Source: an uncultured Pseudomonadales bacterium (GTDB lineage Bacteria; Patescibacteriota; Microgenomatia; UBA1400; Chazhemtobacteraceae). Taken from it: a stretch of DNA of 64,000 nucleotides. This document shows, piece after piece, positions 19,112 to 28,382 of this stretch. Both the position numbers and the translations under genes were made by a program. A model generated the notes under the pieces. The model was not told the origin of the DNA, searched no databases, and saw only the letters and a program-made list of their open reading frames with translations. Every line of letters starts with the position of its first letter. The stretch's first letter is position 1. The stretch spans positions 249,013 to 313,012 of the forward strand of contig CAYQZQ010000001.1 in assembly GCA_964422035.1 (NCBI GenBank), read 5' to 3'.

Positions 19112-20551
19112 TTAGTGCTGATATTGATAAACAAAACCCACTCCATTGAAGTTGTAGATTTGTTCCTGGTTGTAGCCGGCGTTATTTAACCAGGCGGGAA
19201 TGTTGTCTTTAGGGTCAGTTAGTTCTGATAGGTATTCAAAGTAGTAGACGGTGTCTTTGCCGGTAGTGATTTGGCTTAGATTTAGATCAAGTTCTTGGGG
19301 ATCAATTGATAGATCAGTTAATGCACCCGATGAGTTTAGTTGAGGAGCATACCAGCGAACAGGAGCAAATGGCTGAGGAAAGGCAAATACAGAGACTGAT
19401 TGCTGGTCTTGTTTTTGTAATACAAAATCCGTTGCTTGTTTCCAGTTTTCGCGATGAAAACTGGGCGTGGTCCAAAACAAGAAATTGGAAAAGAGAAAAG
19501 TAATTGATAAAAGCAGGATGTTAACCATGCTTAGTTTGGCAGGTAGATGGAAGATACCGATGGCCAAAAGAGACGAAAAAGCAGGAAGCAAAAACAGATA
19601 ACGCCAGTAGCCAAGCATAGGTATTTTAAAGGAAAGAGCTACCCCGATTAAGAGAGGAACAACTAACCATAACCAGAAAAGACGGGAGAGTTTTTGGAAC
19701 AGTGACAAGGCCATTAAAGAAAAGGTGTAAAGAAGTGAAGCGATAATAGCTAGTAAATAAAAATCATCAGAGGAGATATTAACTCTACCTAAGATAAACT
19801 TAACAGGAATCAGGGCGATGTTTTTTAAGGATAAGTCACCAGATAGCTGACTCCAGTTGGGAAGAGCCTCAACAAGATACTGACCCCCCTGGGTTTGCTT
19901 TATAAAAGTTGGTAGCCAAGGCAAGAAAGAAAGGGCGGTGAGAAATGTCCAAGGTAGTAGCTTTTTAAGTAGTTTTTTGTCAGCCAGAAGCAAGTAAATT
20001 AATTGAGAAAGAATGTTAAAGCCAGAAAGATAGTAGGTGTAAAGACCAAGGGTATTGGTTAATGCCCAGAGAATAAACCAGCTATTTTTATTGCTTTTTT
20101 GAGCTGAGACAAGAAAGTACCAGGAAGCAGTAACTAGGAAAGCAGCGGGGGCAAACATGCGCAGCTCTTGAGAGTAGTAGATGTGCAGGGGATTTAATGC
20201 CAAAAATAAGGCAGCTGTTGCAGGCAGGCTAAGCTTAACGGGGCCAATGACTAATTTTGGCATCTTGTTACCAAGAGCTTTTTTGAAAAGCAAGTAAAGC
20301 AAATATATAGCAGCGACGGAAAAAAGAATGTTGGGAAGTCGTAAGAACCATTCTTGAGTTAGACCTATTTTTAGCCAAAAATGCATAAAAAGATAGTACA
20401 GAGGAGGATGGAAGTCACCAGCAAGACTGGATATCAGTTGAGTAAGATCTTGTCTGGCAATAATTAAGGAAGCAGCCTCATCGAGCCAAAAACTTTGATT
20501 GACTAAGATGAGTCTTAAAACTGCTGCTAGAACAAGAATAAAATAGATCAT
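19112..20551 (-). CDS. GT-C membrane glycosyltransferase (GT39/PMT-like)
   Basis: QSFWLDEA, DFHPPLYY, LRLP, HIYYSQELRMF, RENWK. Confidence 0.85.
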   Translation of the reverse strand: MIYFILVLAAVLRLILVNQSFWLDEAASLIIARQDLTQLISSLAGDFHPPLYYLFMHFWLKIGLTQEWFLRLPNILFSVAAIYLLYLLFKKALGNKMPKLVIGPVKLSLPATAALFLALNPLHIYYSQELRMFAPAAFLVTASWYFLVSAQKSNKNSWFILWALTNTLGLYTYYLSGFNILSQLIYLLLADKKLLKKLLPWTFLTALSFLPWLPTFIKQTQGGQYLVEALPNWSQLSGDLSLKNIALIPVKFILGRVNISSDDFYLLAIIASLLYTFSLMALSLFQKLSRLFWLWLVVPLLIGVALSFKIPMLGYWRYLFLLPAFSSLLAIGIFHLPAKLSMVNILLLSITFLFSNFLFWTTPSFHRENWKQATDFVLQKQDQQSVSVFAFPQPFAPVRWYAPQLNSSGALTDLSIDPQELDLNLSQITTGKDTVYYFEYLSELTDPKDNIPAWLNNAGYNQEQIYNFNGVGFVYQYQH

Positions 20552-21747
20552 TTTTCTTCAACGGATTGCATGTCACCGGCGTGACGCAAAGCCAATGAGT
20601 GCCTTAATACACTAATTATAGTAAATGGAACTAGCGATATGGCAAAAATAACACCTTCTAGTGCTCCAGGGTCTTTTAAGCTGACATTTAAAAATATTAG
20701 GACAAGGATGGGGATCAAGCGTCCAAAGCTTTGATAAATCTGAGAGAAAATGCCGTATTCAACAACAAGATCTTCGTTTAAAGAATCAAGAGAGGAGATT
20801 TGGCTGTTAATTGGATTGATGGTTAAACTGAAAGTGGTATTAAGAAGAGTGTAAGTAGTGGCAAACAGAATTAAACCGGTGAGATTAAACTGAGAAGCAA
20901 AGGCAATACTGCCGGCTGTAAAGGCCACTGCGCCGAAAGCAAGTAAAACCAAAGATTGTTCTTGATCAAAAAGATATTGATAAATTATCCCCAACAAGAA
21001 CGAGAAAGCACCAAGAGCAAAGGTAAATATTCCCCACCCTCTTAAACCACCTACTAAGAAAAAGATAATGATATTTAATAGCGAGAAGAAAAAGCCGTCT
21101 TTAATTCCCATAAGAAAGTGCGCTTTAGCAAGAATAGGTTTTTCAGGATTGGTTTTTCTTGTAGGTAAAAGTGCTGCCTTAAGATTAAACTTAAAATCTG
21201 TTGAAGGAAAGGGGGCAAGAATGGTGAATATAGAGAGAATTATCAGTGAGATTAGACCGAGCCTGAATATCAAACCAAATGAGTTGTAACTTAAAGCAAT
21301 AAAGGCGAGTACGGGAGGCATGGCAACTTTAACCAATGAGCTGATGGATGAGAATCGACCAATGTCTGCTTCTGTACGGGACAGCTTAGTTTGCAGAAAA
21401 TCAGCCACAGTTAACAAGCTACCCAAAGAGACACCTTTTATTAGGCCTAAAAGAAAAGGCTGGGCTACTATAAGGTCTTGAGTGAAGATTAAGACAAGGA
21501 CAAAACTAATTGAAAAGAATATGGCTAGTAAGTAGCTGATTTTGGGACCGATGTATTCAATTAACCAAGCGATGATAAAAGCCATGAGGGGCAAGGTTAT
21601 AAAGGCACCAAGATTGTAGATGAGAATGGTGCGCAGTGATTGAGTCTGCTGCCAAAGAAAAAGATCAACAAAAGCACCAGAGGCTACCGTAGATAGATGA
21701 AAAAAGAAGTTATGTAACAGCCAAACGGGGGTTATTGTGGCAAACAT
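20548..21747 (-). CDS. MFS-like transporter
   Basis: About 12 hydrophobic helices in two halves with a central hydrophilic linker; 399 aa. Confidence 0.65.
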   Translation of the reverse strand: MFATITPVWLLHNFFFHLSTVASGAFVDLFLWQQTQSLRTILIYNLGAFITLPLMAFIIAWLIEYIGPKISYLLAIFFSISFVLVLIFTQDLIVAQPFLLGLIKGVSLGSLLTVADFLQTKLSRTEADIGRFSSISSLVKVAMPPVLAFIALSYNSFGLIFRLGLISLIILSIFTILAPFPSTDFKFNLKAALLPTRKTNPEKPILAKAHFLMGIKDGFFFSLLNIIIFFLVGGLRGWGIFTFALGAFSFLLGIIYQYLFDQEQSLVLLAFGAVAFTAGSIAFASQFNLTGLILFATTYTLLNTTFSLTINPINSQISSLDSLNEDLVVEYGIFSQIYQSFGRLIPILVLIFLNVSLKDPGALEGVIFAISLVPFTIISVLRHSLALRHAGDMQSVEEK

Positions 21748-21753
21748 GGGACT

Positions 21754-21762
21754 AGTATATCA
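21754..21762 (-). promoter_or_regulatory. Extended -10 box (TGaTATACT) 6 nt upstream of ATG (leaderless-type)
   Basis: Minus strand ctgaTATACTagtcccATG. Confidence 0.5.
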
Positions 21763-22497
21763 GTTGGAAAGTGTGTAAAGCTTAACTTGAACTACCTGGT
21801 GATAAATAGCTTGCAAGATACTTAAAAACAAACCGTGCAAGCCGTCTAGGAAACCCAGTTTGTAAAAGTAGCGCTTGGAAAAATCCATAACCGGATCTAT
21901 AAAAAAACAGAACAAAGAGAATCTTTCCCCATTTTGATGTAGTCTTTGAGCTTGCAGGGTGGAATAATGATTTAGTTTGCGTATATATTCAGACACAGTG
22001 CTGTAATTGTAGTGAATTAAATAGTTATCAAGTGATTCTGGTTTTACGTTGGTTATAAACTGCTCGTGCACTTGTGCTTGCCATTTGCCCAGACTCTTGT
22101 GATAAAGCCTAATATGGTTATCATCTCTTGGTCCCCAATCTGTGTGTAGAATCGGCTTGCCCCAGATGATATTTATTCGACCGATTTTGTAAGCGGCTGG
22201 TTTACTAGGCAAACTAGCTATCTCTTCAGCGAGACTTGAGGGCACTTGAACGTCTGCATCGACCGAGAGAATCCACTGATTATCTGCCTTTTGGTCAGCA
22301 AAGTTTCTGGTATCAGCAAAGTTTTTAAATTGGTGATGGACAACGTCTGCGCCGTAGCTTTTAGCTATTTCAACTGTTTTGTCTTCAGAGCCGGAGTCAA
22401 CAATTAACACTTGGTCAGCAAAATCTAGTGAATCAAGAAGTCTGGGTAGGTTTTCTTGTTCATTATATGTTGGCACTGCCACTGTAATTTTTTTCAT
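21760..22497 (-). CDS. Glycosyltransferase family 2 (KdtX/beta-1,4-glucosyltransferase-like)
   Basis: TYNEQENL, VDSGSEDKT, RNFA, WILSVDAD, VHE, LGFLDGLHGL. Confidence 0.9.
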   Translation of the reverse strand: MKKITVAVPTYNEQENLPRLLDSLDFADQVLIVDSGSEDKTVEIAKSYGADVVHHQFKNFADTRNFADQKADNQWILSVDADVQVPSSLAEEIASLPSKPAAYKIGRINIIWGKPILHTDWGPRDDNHIRLYHKSLGKWQAQVHEQFITNVKPESLDNYLIHYNYSTVSEYIRKLNHYSTLQAQRLHQNGERFSLFCFFIDPVMDFSKRYFYKLGFLDGLHGLFLSILQAIYHQVVQVKLYTLSN

Positions 22498-23522
22498 AAG
22501 TTTGTGAATAATTCTATGTACTCTTCAGCTATTTTATCCCAGTCAAATTTTTTAGCTTGTTTTCTGGGTAGATTTCTCCAGTTTTTTTCCAGTGCGGATC
22601 TGAGTAACCTGGCATACCTATCGGTATCTGAAGGATCATCTATATATAAGCCTGCGGGTCCTACGATTTCGTGTCTTGAAAAGTCATCGGTGGCAACCAC
22701 AGGCAGACCAGAGGCAAGGGCCTCAAGATAGACGATGCCAAAAGCCTCACTTGATTGTGATACTAAAGTAAACAGATCGGCAGATCTGTAGTATTTAGGC
22801 ATTTGATTGTGCGACGTGGTAGTGTGAAGGTAGCGTTTTTCTCCCAACAGTCTTTGAGCTAAATTATCCAAGTGTTCATCAAGTGGGCCTTTTCCTAAAA
22901 ATAATAACGAACCTTTTTTTAACTGTGAGACTGCTTTTATTGTCTCCCCTACCCTTTTGTATTTTTGTGAAGCGGCTACACAGATAATAATTGGACGTTC
23001 TAGTTTAAGCTTGACTGTCCTGCCCTCAAGTGAAAACTTTTTTAGATCAACTCCGTTGGGAATAGTGCTAAAGTACTGGTTTTTATATATAGAAGCTTTT
23101 TTGGCCCAGGACAGTTGACTTTGGGTGAGACAAACAAAGGCGTTTGGTTTCCAGAGAAGATTCCAGCGATCATCCCAGCCAGGCCCGGATTGTCCAACTA
23201 GAACTAGACTTTTACCCTTTAACCAGGTCCATATGCGTAGAATCGCTGTTTGCCAGCCATTGTTTAGTCCCAGTACAATGTCGGGGTTAAATTTAGCTAA
23301 ACGAGGAAGAACTGAAAATGTCCAGCGACATATTTTTAGACTGGCTTTATCCAAAAAGAAGCGTCGAAGTATAGTTAAAGTAGATTTTCCAACTTGAGCA
23401 TCATCTGGACCTGATAAAACCAGAACTTGATGATCGACTAGACGACCAGACAGCTGGTCGACATAGGTTTCCAGGCCTCTGTCTACTGCCTCTTGATAGT
23501 AGTTTAAGAATGCTATTTTCAT
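22494..23522 (-). CDS. Glycosyltransferase family 4
   Basis: IPNGVD, EAFGIVYLEALASGLPVVAT. Confidence 0.9.
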   Translation of the reverse strand: MKIAFLNYYQEAVDRGLETYVDQLSGRLVDHQVLVLSGPDDAQVGKSTLTILRRFFLDKASLKICRWTFSVLPRLAKFNPDIVLGLNNGWQTAILRIWTWLKGKSLVLVGQSGPGWDDRWNLLWKPNAFVCLTQSQLSWAKKASIYKNQYFSTIPNGVDLKKFSLEGRTVKLKLERPIIICVAASQKYKRVGETIKAVSQLKKGSLLFLGKGPLDEHLDNLAQRLLGEKRYLHTTTSHNQMPKYYRSADLFTLVSQSSEAFGIVYLEALASGLPVVATDDFSRHEIVGPAGLYIDDPSDTDRYARLLRSALEKNWRNLPRKQAKKFDWDKIAEEYIELFTNL

Positions 23523-23528
23523 AGATTA

Positions 23529-23534
23529 AGTATA
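23529..23534 (-). promoter_or_regulatory. -10 box TATACT 6 nt upstream of ATG (leaderless-type)
   Basis: Minus strand ttgTATACTtaatctATG. Confidence 0.5.
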
Positions 23535-23544
23535 CAAGTGAAGA

Positions 23545-24387
23545 TTAGTAGCCCCTAGTGGGTGGAAACAACGATCTTTTTAGGCGGCGCAGAGGTGTTA
23601 GCAGTGCAGCAATTATCCAGAAAGATAGGGGGGCTTTGGGGGTAACATCAGGAACTTGAGGAGGTTTGTTTTCAAAAAAGACTTGAGGAATATCTTGATC
23701 GGGTATTTTTTCTCCCAGCTCGTATTTGTATTTACCAGGCCTTTTGATTACTTTTTTGTCCTCTACCCTACTTGAAGATCTTTGCAGATGAGTGGCGTGA
23801 TGATAGAAAAGGTCAAAGAATTTAATTTTCTGAGGATTTCTGTCCTGCACCAGAGTGCCGTTTTTATCAAAATATCCTTGCTGCCCATGAGGGCGGGAGA
23901 CGTTAAGGCCAGGAATTGTTTTTAAATTCATAAAGCGTAAACTTAGGTGTCCCTGCCTCCCGGCTAGTGAATAGTTGCCGGCGGACTCAGGTAAACGATG
24001 ATAAATATCACCTACCAAGTTATGAGTTCTCAGGACAATTGATTCGTAGTCGGGGCTGTTGACAGCAAAATCAGTAATTTTTTTAAGAGTATCGTGCGGC
24101 CAGACTTCGTCACCATCTAAAAGCATCAACCAGGTGTATTTTTCAGGAGTCTTTTCTAGCATTTGGTTGCGCATTTGGGTGAAAGTATGGGGGTCAACAG
24201 ATTCTTTTTGCTGAAAATCGATTTTGTCGGACTTGATTGACTTGATTATTTCTACGGTTTTATCAGTTGAGCCGGTGTCCCAAACCATAATCTTGTCTAC
24301 AAAAGGCAGGACTGATTTAAGAGAGTAGTAGATGAATCTTTCTTCGTTTTTAACCAGTGAGTGGGCAATAATTTGAGTCTTGTCCAT
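23545..24387 (-). CDS. Glycosyltransferase family 2
   Basis: VKNEERFI, WDTGSTDKT, MRNQML, WLMLLDGDE. Confidence 0.9.
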   Translation of the reverse strand: MDKTQIIAHSLVKNEERFIYYSLKSVLPFVDKIMVWDTGSTDKTVEIIKSIKSDKIDFQQKESVDPHTFTQMRNQMLEKTPEKYTWLMLLDGDEVWPHDTLKKITDFAVNSPDYESIVLRTHNLVGDIYHRLPESAGNYSLAGRQGHLSLRFMNLKTIPGLNVSRPHGQQGYFDKNGTLVQDRNPQKIKFFDLFYHHATHLQRSSSRVEDKKVIKRPGKYKYELGEKIPDQDIPQVFFENKPPQVPDVTPKAPLSFWIIAALLTPLRRLKRSLFPPTRGY

Positions 24388-24393
24388 ATATGT

Positions 24394-24399
24394 ATTTTA
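24394..24399 (-). promoter_or_regulatory. -10 box TAAAAT 6 nt upstream of ATG; divergent from the sulfatase-like array
   Basis: Minus strand tgtgTAAAATacatatATG. Confidence 0.5.
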
Positions 24400-24459
24400 C
24401 ACATACTGTTAAATTTATCTGGCAGAAAAGGGGTTTGTAAATTACTATTTGTAACTGAT

Positions 24460-26352
24460 ATGATGGGAGTGATGAGCTTAGTAACACTGGCTATTTCAGT
24501 AATTTTGGCAACATTAATAGGAATCCAGCAGATGATGCCTTCTTTTACATATGGATTGATTAATCTGGAAGGAATTATGCCCGCATGGAGAGGAGTTGTG
24601 TTTGTAACCATCAGTATCTGGATTGGTGGATTGTTGATCTGGTTGTTGTTATGGCAGATTGGGAAAATGGTTTCAAAGAAAATTAATGTTTTGGAAGAGA
24701 TAATGACCAATCAAAGAGTTGTTGATCTAATGATGTTTGGAGTTTTTCTTAGTTTGGGGATGTTTCTTTTTATATTAGAAAAGGTGCCTTTGTTTGCCAC
24801 ACCCTATCCCCTACTTGCATATGGGGTAACCATCTTGATGATTGGGTCGTTTAACCTTGTGGTTGGCTTGATGATATATGGAAGTTTAGAGTTCTATAAA
24901 AAATGGATAGACAAAATTAAGTTCACAGACGTGGTGGCAAAAAGCTTGGCTGGTTTGTTGGTGGTTTTTTGGTTAGTGATGCTGGTACCTGTGGTGGTAG
25001 CCAGAATGGGATTGAGAACTAGAAACTCCGATCTGAAAAACGTAGTTTTGATAACATCTGATACTTTAAGAGGTGACAGATTCTCCCCAGAGTACATGCC
25101 AGAGACTTATCAGTGGTTTGAGGACAAGGGAATTATTTTCAAGCAAGCATATTCGACGTCGCCTTGGACAACTCCTTCTTTTGCTTCGATGATGACTGGC
25201 AGGTATCCAGCGGAATTGGGGGCTGATCAGAATGTGGCTTGGGTGCGAGAAAACTTAATTATTTTACCTGAAATTGAAACCATGGCTGAAAAGTTTCAAG
25301 ACAAAGATTACTATACAGCAGCTATCTTGACTAATACTTGGCTGCAAGAAGAAAGAGGATTTGATCAGGGCTTTGATTACTTTGAAAATATTGAAATTCC
25401 AGATGTCTATCATTGGGGAATGACTGTGAAGGATTCGGGATGGCACAAAGTAATCGAAGAACTTGGAATAAAGAAAGTAACCAGGCTGGGTTTTGAGTAT
25501 TTTGTGGGGACAACGAGCGAAGAAAATGATTTTAGAGCAAATGCTGACATGGTTAGCAGGGAAGCAATCTGGAAATTAAAAGAATTACCTGAACCGTTTT
25601 TTATGTGGGTACACTATGTTGATCCTCACGCTCCATACGAGCCACCACAAGAAATGGGGCCTGATCTTTCAAAGTTATCTGAAAAATTAAGATTCAGTGT
25701 TGTTCGAGGTGATCTTGTACCCGAGCAAAAGCACCTAAGACCAACTGTGGTTGAGTTATACGATGGAGAGGTGCGATATCACGACAAAGAAATAGCTAAA
25801 ATCTTAAGATTTCTTGATAAAAGAGGGTTGAGTAAAAAGACTGCTGTAGTATTTACAGCCGACCACGGAGAACAGCTTTATGAAAATGATGTCATAGGAC
25901 ATGGGCTGTCATTGCGTAGAGAAGAAATTAATGTGCCCTTAGGCGTTTATCCAAAATTTCCAGTAGAGCAAGAAGTTGTTGATAACGAAGAAGTAAGCCT
26001 ACATTTACTTGGAGATTGGTTGCTAAAAATGGGAGAAAACAAAGCTGAGGAATGGTTGGCAGAAGAAATTGACAGGTCGGTATTTGCTGAAGGATTAAAT
26101 CGGGGAAATGAAAAGAAGGGCATTGTTGAAGGAGGGTGGAAATTGGTGTGGGAAGATAATAAAGATACAAATACCTGGGTTAGATCAGAAAATGATGAAG
26201 AAGTAATGTTACCTTACTATTACCCTACCCAAGCTAAAGACATGCAAAGTAAATTAGAAAGCTGGAGAGAAAGTAATCTTGAAGATAAAGAAAATTATTC
26301 TAAGAAATTGGAAAGACAGGATCTTATGCTAGAGGGAGCTGCTGGTTATTAA
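24460..26352 (+). CDS. Membrane-anchored sulfatase-fold (alkaline phosphatase superfamily) protein, copy 1
   Basis: 5 N-terminal TM helices, then NVVLITSDTLRGD, SPWTTPSFASMMTG, GFDQGFD, HYVDPHAPY, YDGEV, ADHGE, GHG; ends LEGAAGY. Start moved to ATG 24460 by alignment with the paralogues. Confidence 0.9.
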   Translation: MMGVMSLVTLAISVILATLIGIQQMMPSFTYGLINLEGIMPAWRGVVFVTISIWIGGLLIWLLLWQIGKMVSKKINVLEEIMTNQRVVDLMMFGVFLSLGMFLFILEKVPLFATPYPLLAYGVTILMIGSFNLVVGLMIYGSLEFYKKWIDKIKFTDVVAKSLAGLLVVFWLVMLVPVVVARMGLRTRNSDLKNVVLITSDTLRGDRFSPEYMPETYQWFEDKGIIFKQAYSTSPWTTPSFASMMTGRYPAELGADQNVAWVRENLIILPEIETMAEKFQDKDYYTAAILTNTWLQEERGFDQGFDYFENIEIPDVYHWGMTVKDSGWHKVIEELGIKKVTRLGFEYFVGTTSEENDFRANADMVSREAIWKLKELPEPFFMWVHYVDPHAPYEPPQEMGPDLSKLSEKLRFSVVRGDLVPEQKHLRPTVVELYDGEVRYHDKEIAKILRFLDKRGLSKKTAVVFTADHGEQLYENDVIGHGLSLRREEINVPLGVYPKFPVEQEVVDNEEVSLHLLGDWLLKMGENKAEEWLAEEIDRSVFAEGLNRGNEKKGIVEGGWKLVWEDNKDTNTWVRSENDEEVMLPYYYPTQAKDMQSKLESWRESNLEDKENYSKKLERQDLMLEGAAGY

Positions 26353-26404
26353 TGATCATGAATATATTAACAATCCTTGATTTTAAGGAAGATAATTAAC
26401 TGAT

Positions 26405-28282
26405 ATGCTAATAGAGATGAACTTAGTAGCACTGGCTATTTCAATAACTTTGGCAACACTAATAGGTATCCAGCAGATGATGCCTTCTTTTACCTTTGGG
26501 TTGGCTAGTAGTCAATACCTGTTGCCAGCTTGGAGGGGAGTAGCAGTAGTAAGTGTTTTTATCTGGTTGGCGGGAGTGATCATTTTTATAGCAATAAAGG
26601 AAAGTTTTTTACTGACAACCAAGAAGGTTAAGTTTTTGGCAGAAATCAAGCTGAGTGAACAACTGAAGAGTATTTTGATGTTGGGAATATTTTTAAGTCT
26701 GGGAATGTTTTTGTTTATTAGCGAGAAAGTGCCTATATTTGCAGCGCCCTATCCGCTACTGGCTTATGGAGTGACGATTTTGGCGATTGGTCTTTTTAAT
26801 ACTGTTTTGGGCCTGATGGTCTACGCAAGTTTAGAGTTTTACAAAAAATGGCTCAATAAAATCAACTGGCAGATACCGGCAAAGGTGATGGCAGGAGCAA
26901 TATTGTTTTTCTGGATGGGACTACTGCTACCAGTAGTAGTTAAGAGGGTAGGAATTAGAGCCAAGACAAACGACAAGAAGAATGTGGTCGTAATCACCTC
27001 AGACGCTTTAAGAGGTGATAGGTTTAACACTGAGTACATGCCAGAAACTTACAGCTGGTTTGAAAATAAGGGAGTAATATTTGAAAATGCTTACGTACCA
27101 GCGCCTTGGACGGTGGCTTCATTTACAAGCATGATGAGTGGTAAGTATCCATCTCAGCTGGGAGCTGACAGAGGAGTAACTTGGATTAGAGAGAATTTGA
27201 TTTTATTACCAGAACTGGAATTGATAGCAGAAAGATTTCAGGATGAAGATTATTACACTGCAGCAGTATTAACAAACACTTGGTTGACTGAAGAGAGAGG
27301 GTTTGATCAAGGTTTTGATTATTTTGAAAATATTGAAAAACCAGATCTATATCATTGGGGAATGACAGTGAAAGATTCGGGATGGTTTAAGGTATTAGAA
27401 CAGTTAGGAGTAGACAAGAAAGTAAGACTGGTATACGAGTATTTTGTGGGAGCCACCAGTGAAGAGAATGACTTTAAAGCAAATGCTGACATGGTAAGCA
27501 GAGCGGCGATTTCAAAAATCAAGGAGTTACCGGAACCCTTTTTTATCTGGATTCATTATGTTGATCCCCATGATCCTTATGAACCACCGGTAGAACTGGG
27601 ACCTGATATCTCACAACTCTCAGAGGAAAAAAGACAGGATATTGTCAGTGGTAATCTAAATGAAAATGAAAAAGATCTAATAGAAATAATGATAGGGCTT
27701 TACGACGGGGAGGTAAGGTATCACGACAAAGAAATTGTCAAGATATTAAACTTTCTGGACAGAAGAGGGTTAAGCAAAAGAACAACGGTAGTGTTTTCAT
27801 CGGATCACGGCGAGGAATTAAATGAAGTAGGAGAGATTGGGCACGGACTATCTTTACGCGAGGAAGAAGTAAATATTCCCTTGGCTATATACCCCAGAGT
27901 AACCGAGGAATCTCTAATAAATGATGAAGTAAATCTGTGGAACATAGGAGATTTGTTGTTGGAGCTTGGTGATGGCAAAATAGACGAGTGGTTATCTAGT
28001 CAAAATGAAGGAGAAGTATTTTTAGAAAGCTTAAGTTACGGTAGTGAGAGAAAGGCAATAGTTAGTAATGGGAAAAAACTAGTCAGATTTATGGAGGAAG
28101 GAAGATACGAATTAAAAGATCTGAGAGGAGATGAATCTATAGCTCTCCCCTACTCGGCTCTAGCAAGAGAGTTGCAAGTTAAGTTAGACAACTGGATTGA
28201 AGGCAATCTAGAAGAAAGAGAAGAATACTCCAAAAAAATGGAAAGGCAAGATCTTATGCTTGAAGGAGCTGCAGGTTATTAA
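26405..28282 (+). CDS. Membrane-anchored sulfatase-fold protein, copy 2
   Basis: 5 TM; ITSDALRGD, APWTVASFTSMMSG, HYVDPHDPY, SDHGE, GHG; ends LEGAAGY. Confidence 0.9.
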   Translation: MLIEMNLVALAISITLATLIGIQQMMPSFTFGLASSQYLLPAWRGVAVVSVFIWLAGVIIFIAIKESFLLTTKKVKFLAEIKLSEQLKSILMLGIFLSLGMFLFISEKVPIFAAPYPLLAYGVTILAIGLFNTVLGLMVYASLEFYKKWLNKINWQIPAKVMAGAILFFWMGLLLPVVVKRVGIRAKTNDKKNVVVITSDALRGDRFNTEYMPETYSWFENKGVIFENAYVPAPWTVASFTSMMSGKYPSQLGADRGVTWIRENLILLPELELIAERFQDEDYYTAAVLTNTWLTEERGFDQGFDYFENIEKPDLYHWGMTVKDSGWFKVLEQLGVDKKVRLVYEYFVGATSEENDFKANADMVSRAAISKIKELPEPFFIWIHYVDPHDPYEPPVELGPDISQLSEEKRQDIVSGNLNENEKDLIEIMIGLYDGEVRYHDKEIVKILNFLDRRGLSKRTTVVFSSDHGEELNEVGEIGHGLSLREEEVNIPLAIYPRVTEESLINDEVNLWNIGDLLLELGDGKIDEWLSSQNEGEVFLESLSYGSERKAIVSNGKKLVRFMEEGRYELKDLRGDESIALPYSALARELQVKLDNWIEGNLEEREEYSKKMERQDLMLEGAAGY

Positions 28283-28382
28283 GCAATCTTTGATTATTTC
28301 TATAATTTAATTAAATCTATAGCGAAGTAAAAAGACACAGAGAGAGCTTTGGGCCTTTTTGGCAAACCGATGGGTAACTGAT

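Noticed and set aside
23545-23565. GT2 also ending in ...RGY like the array proteins
   Set aside because: Two-residue match in an unrelated fold on the other strand; likely chance
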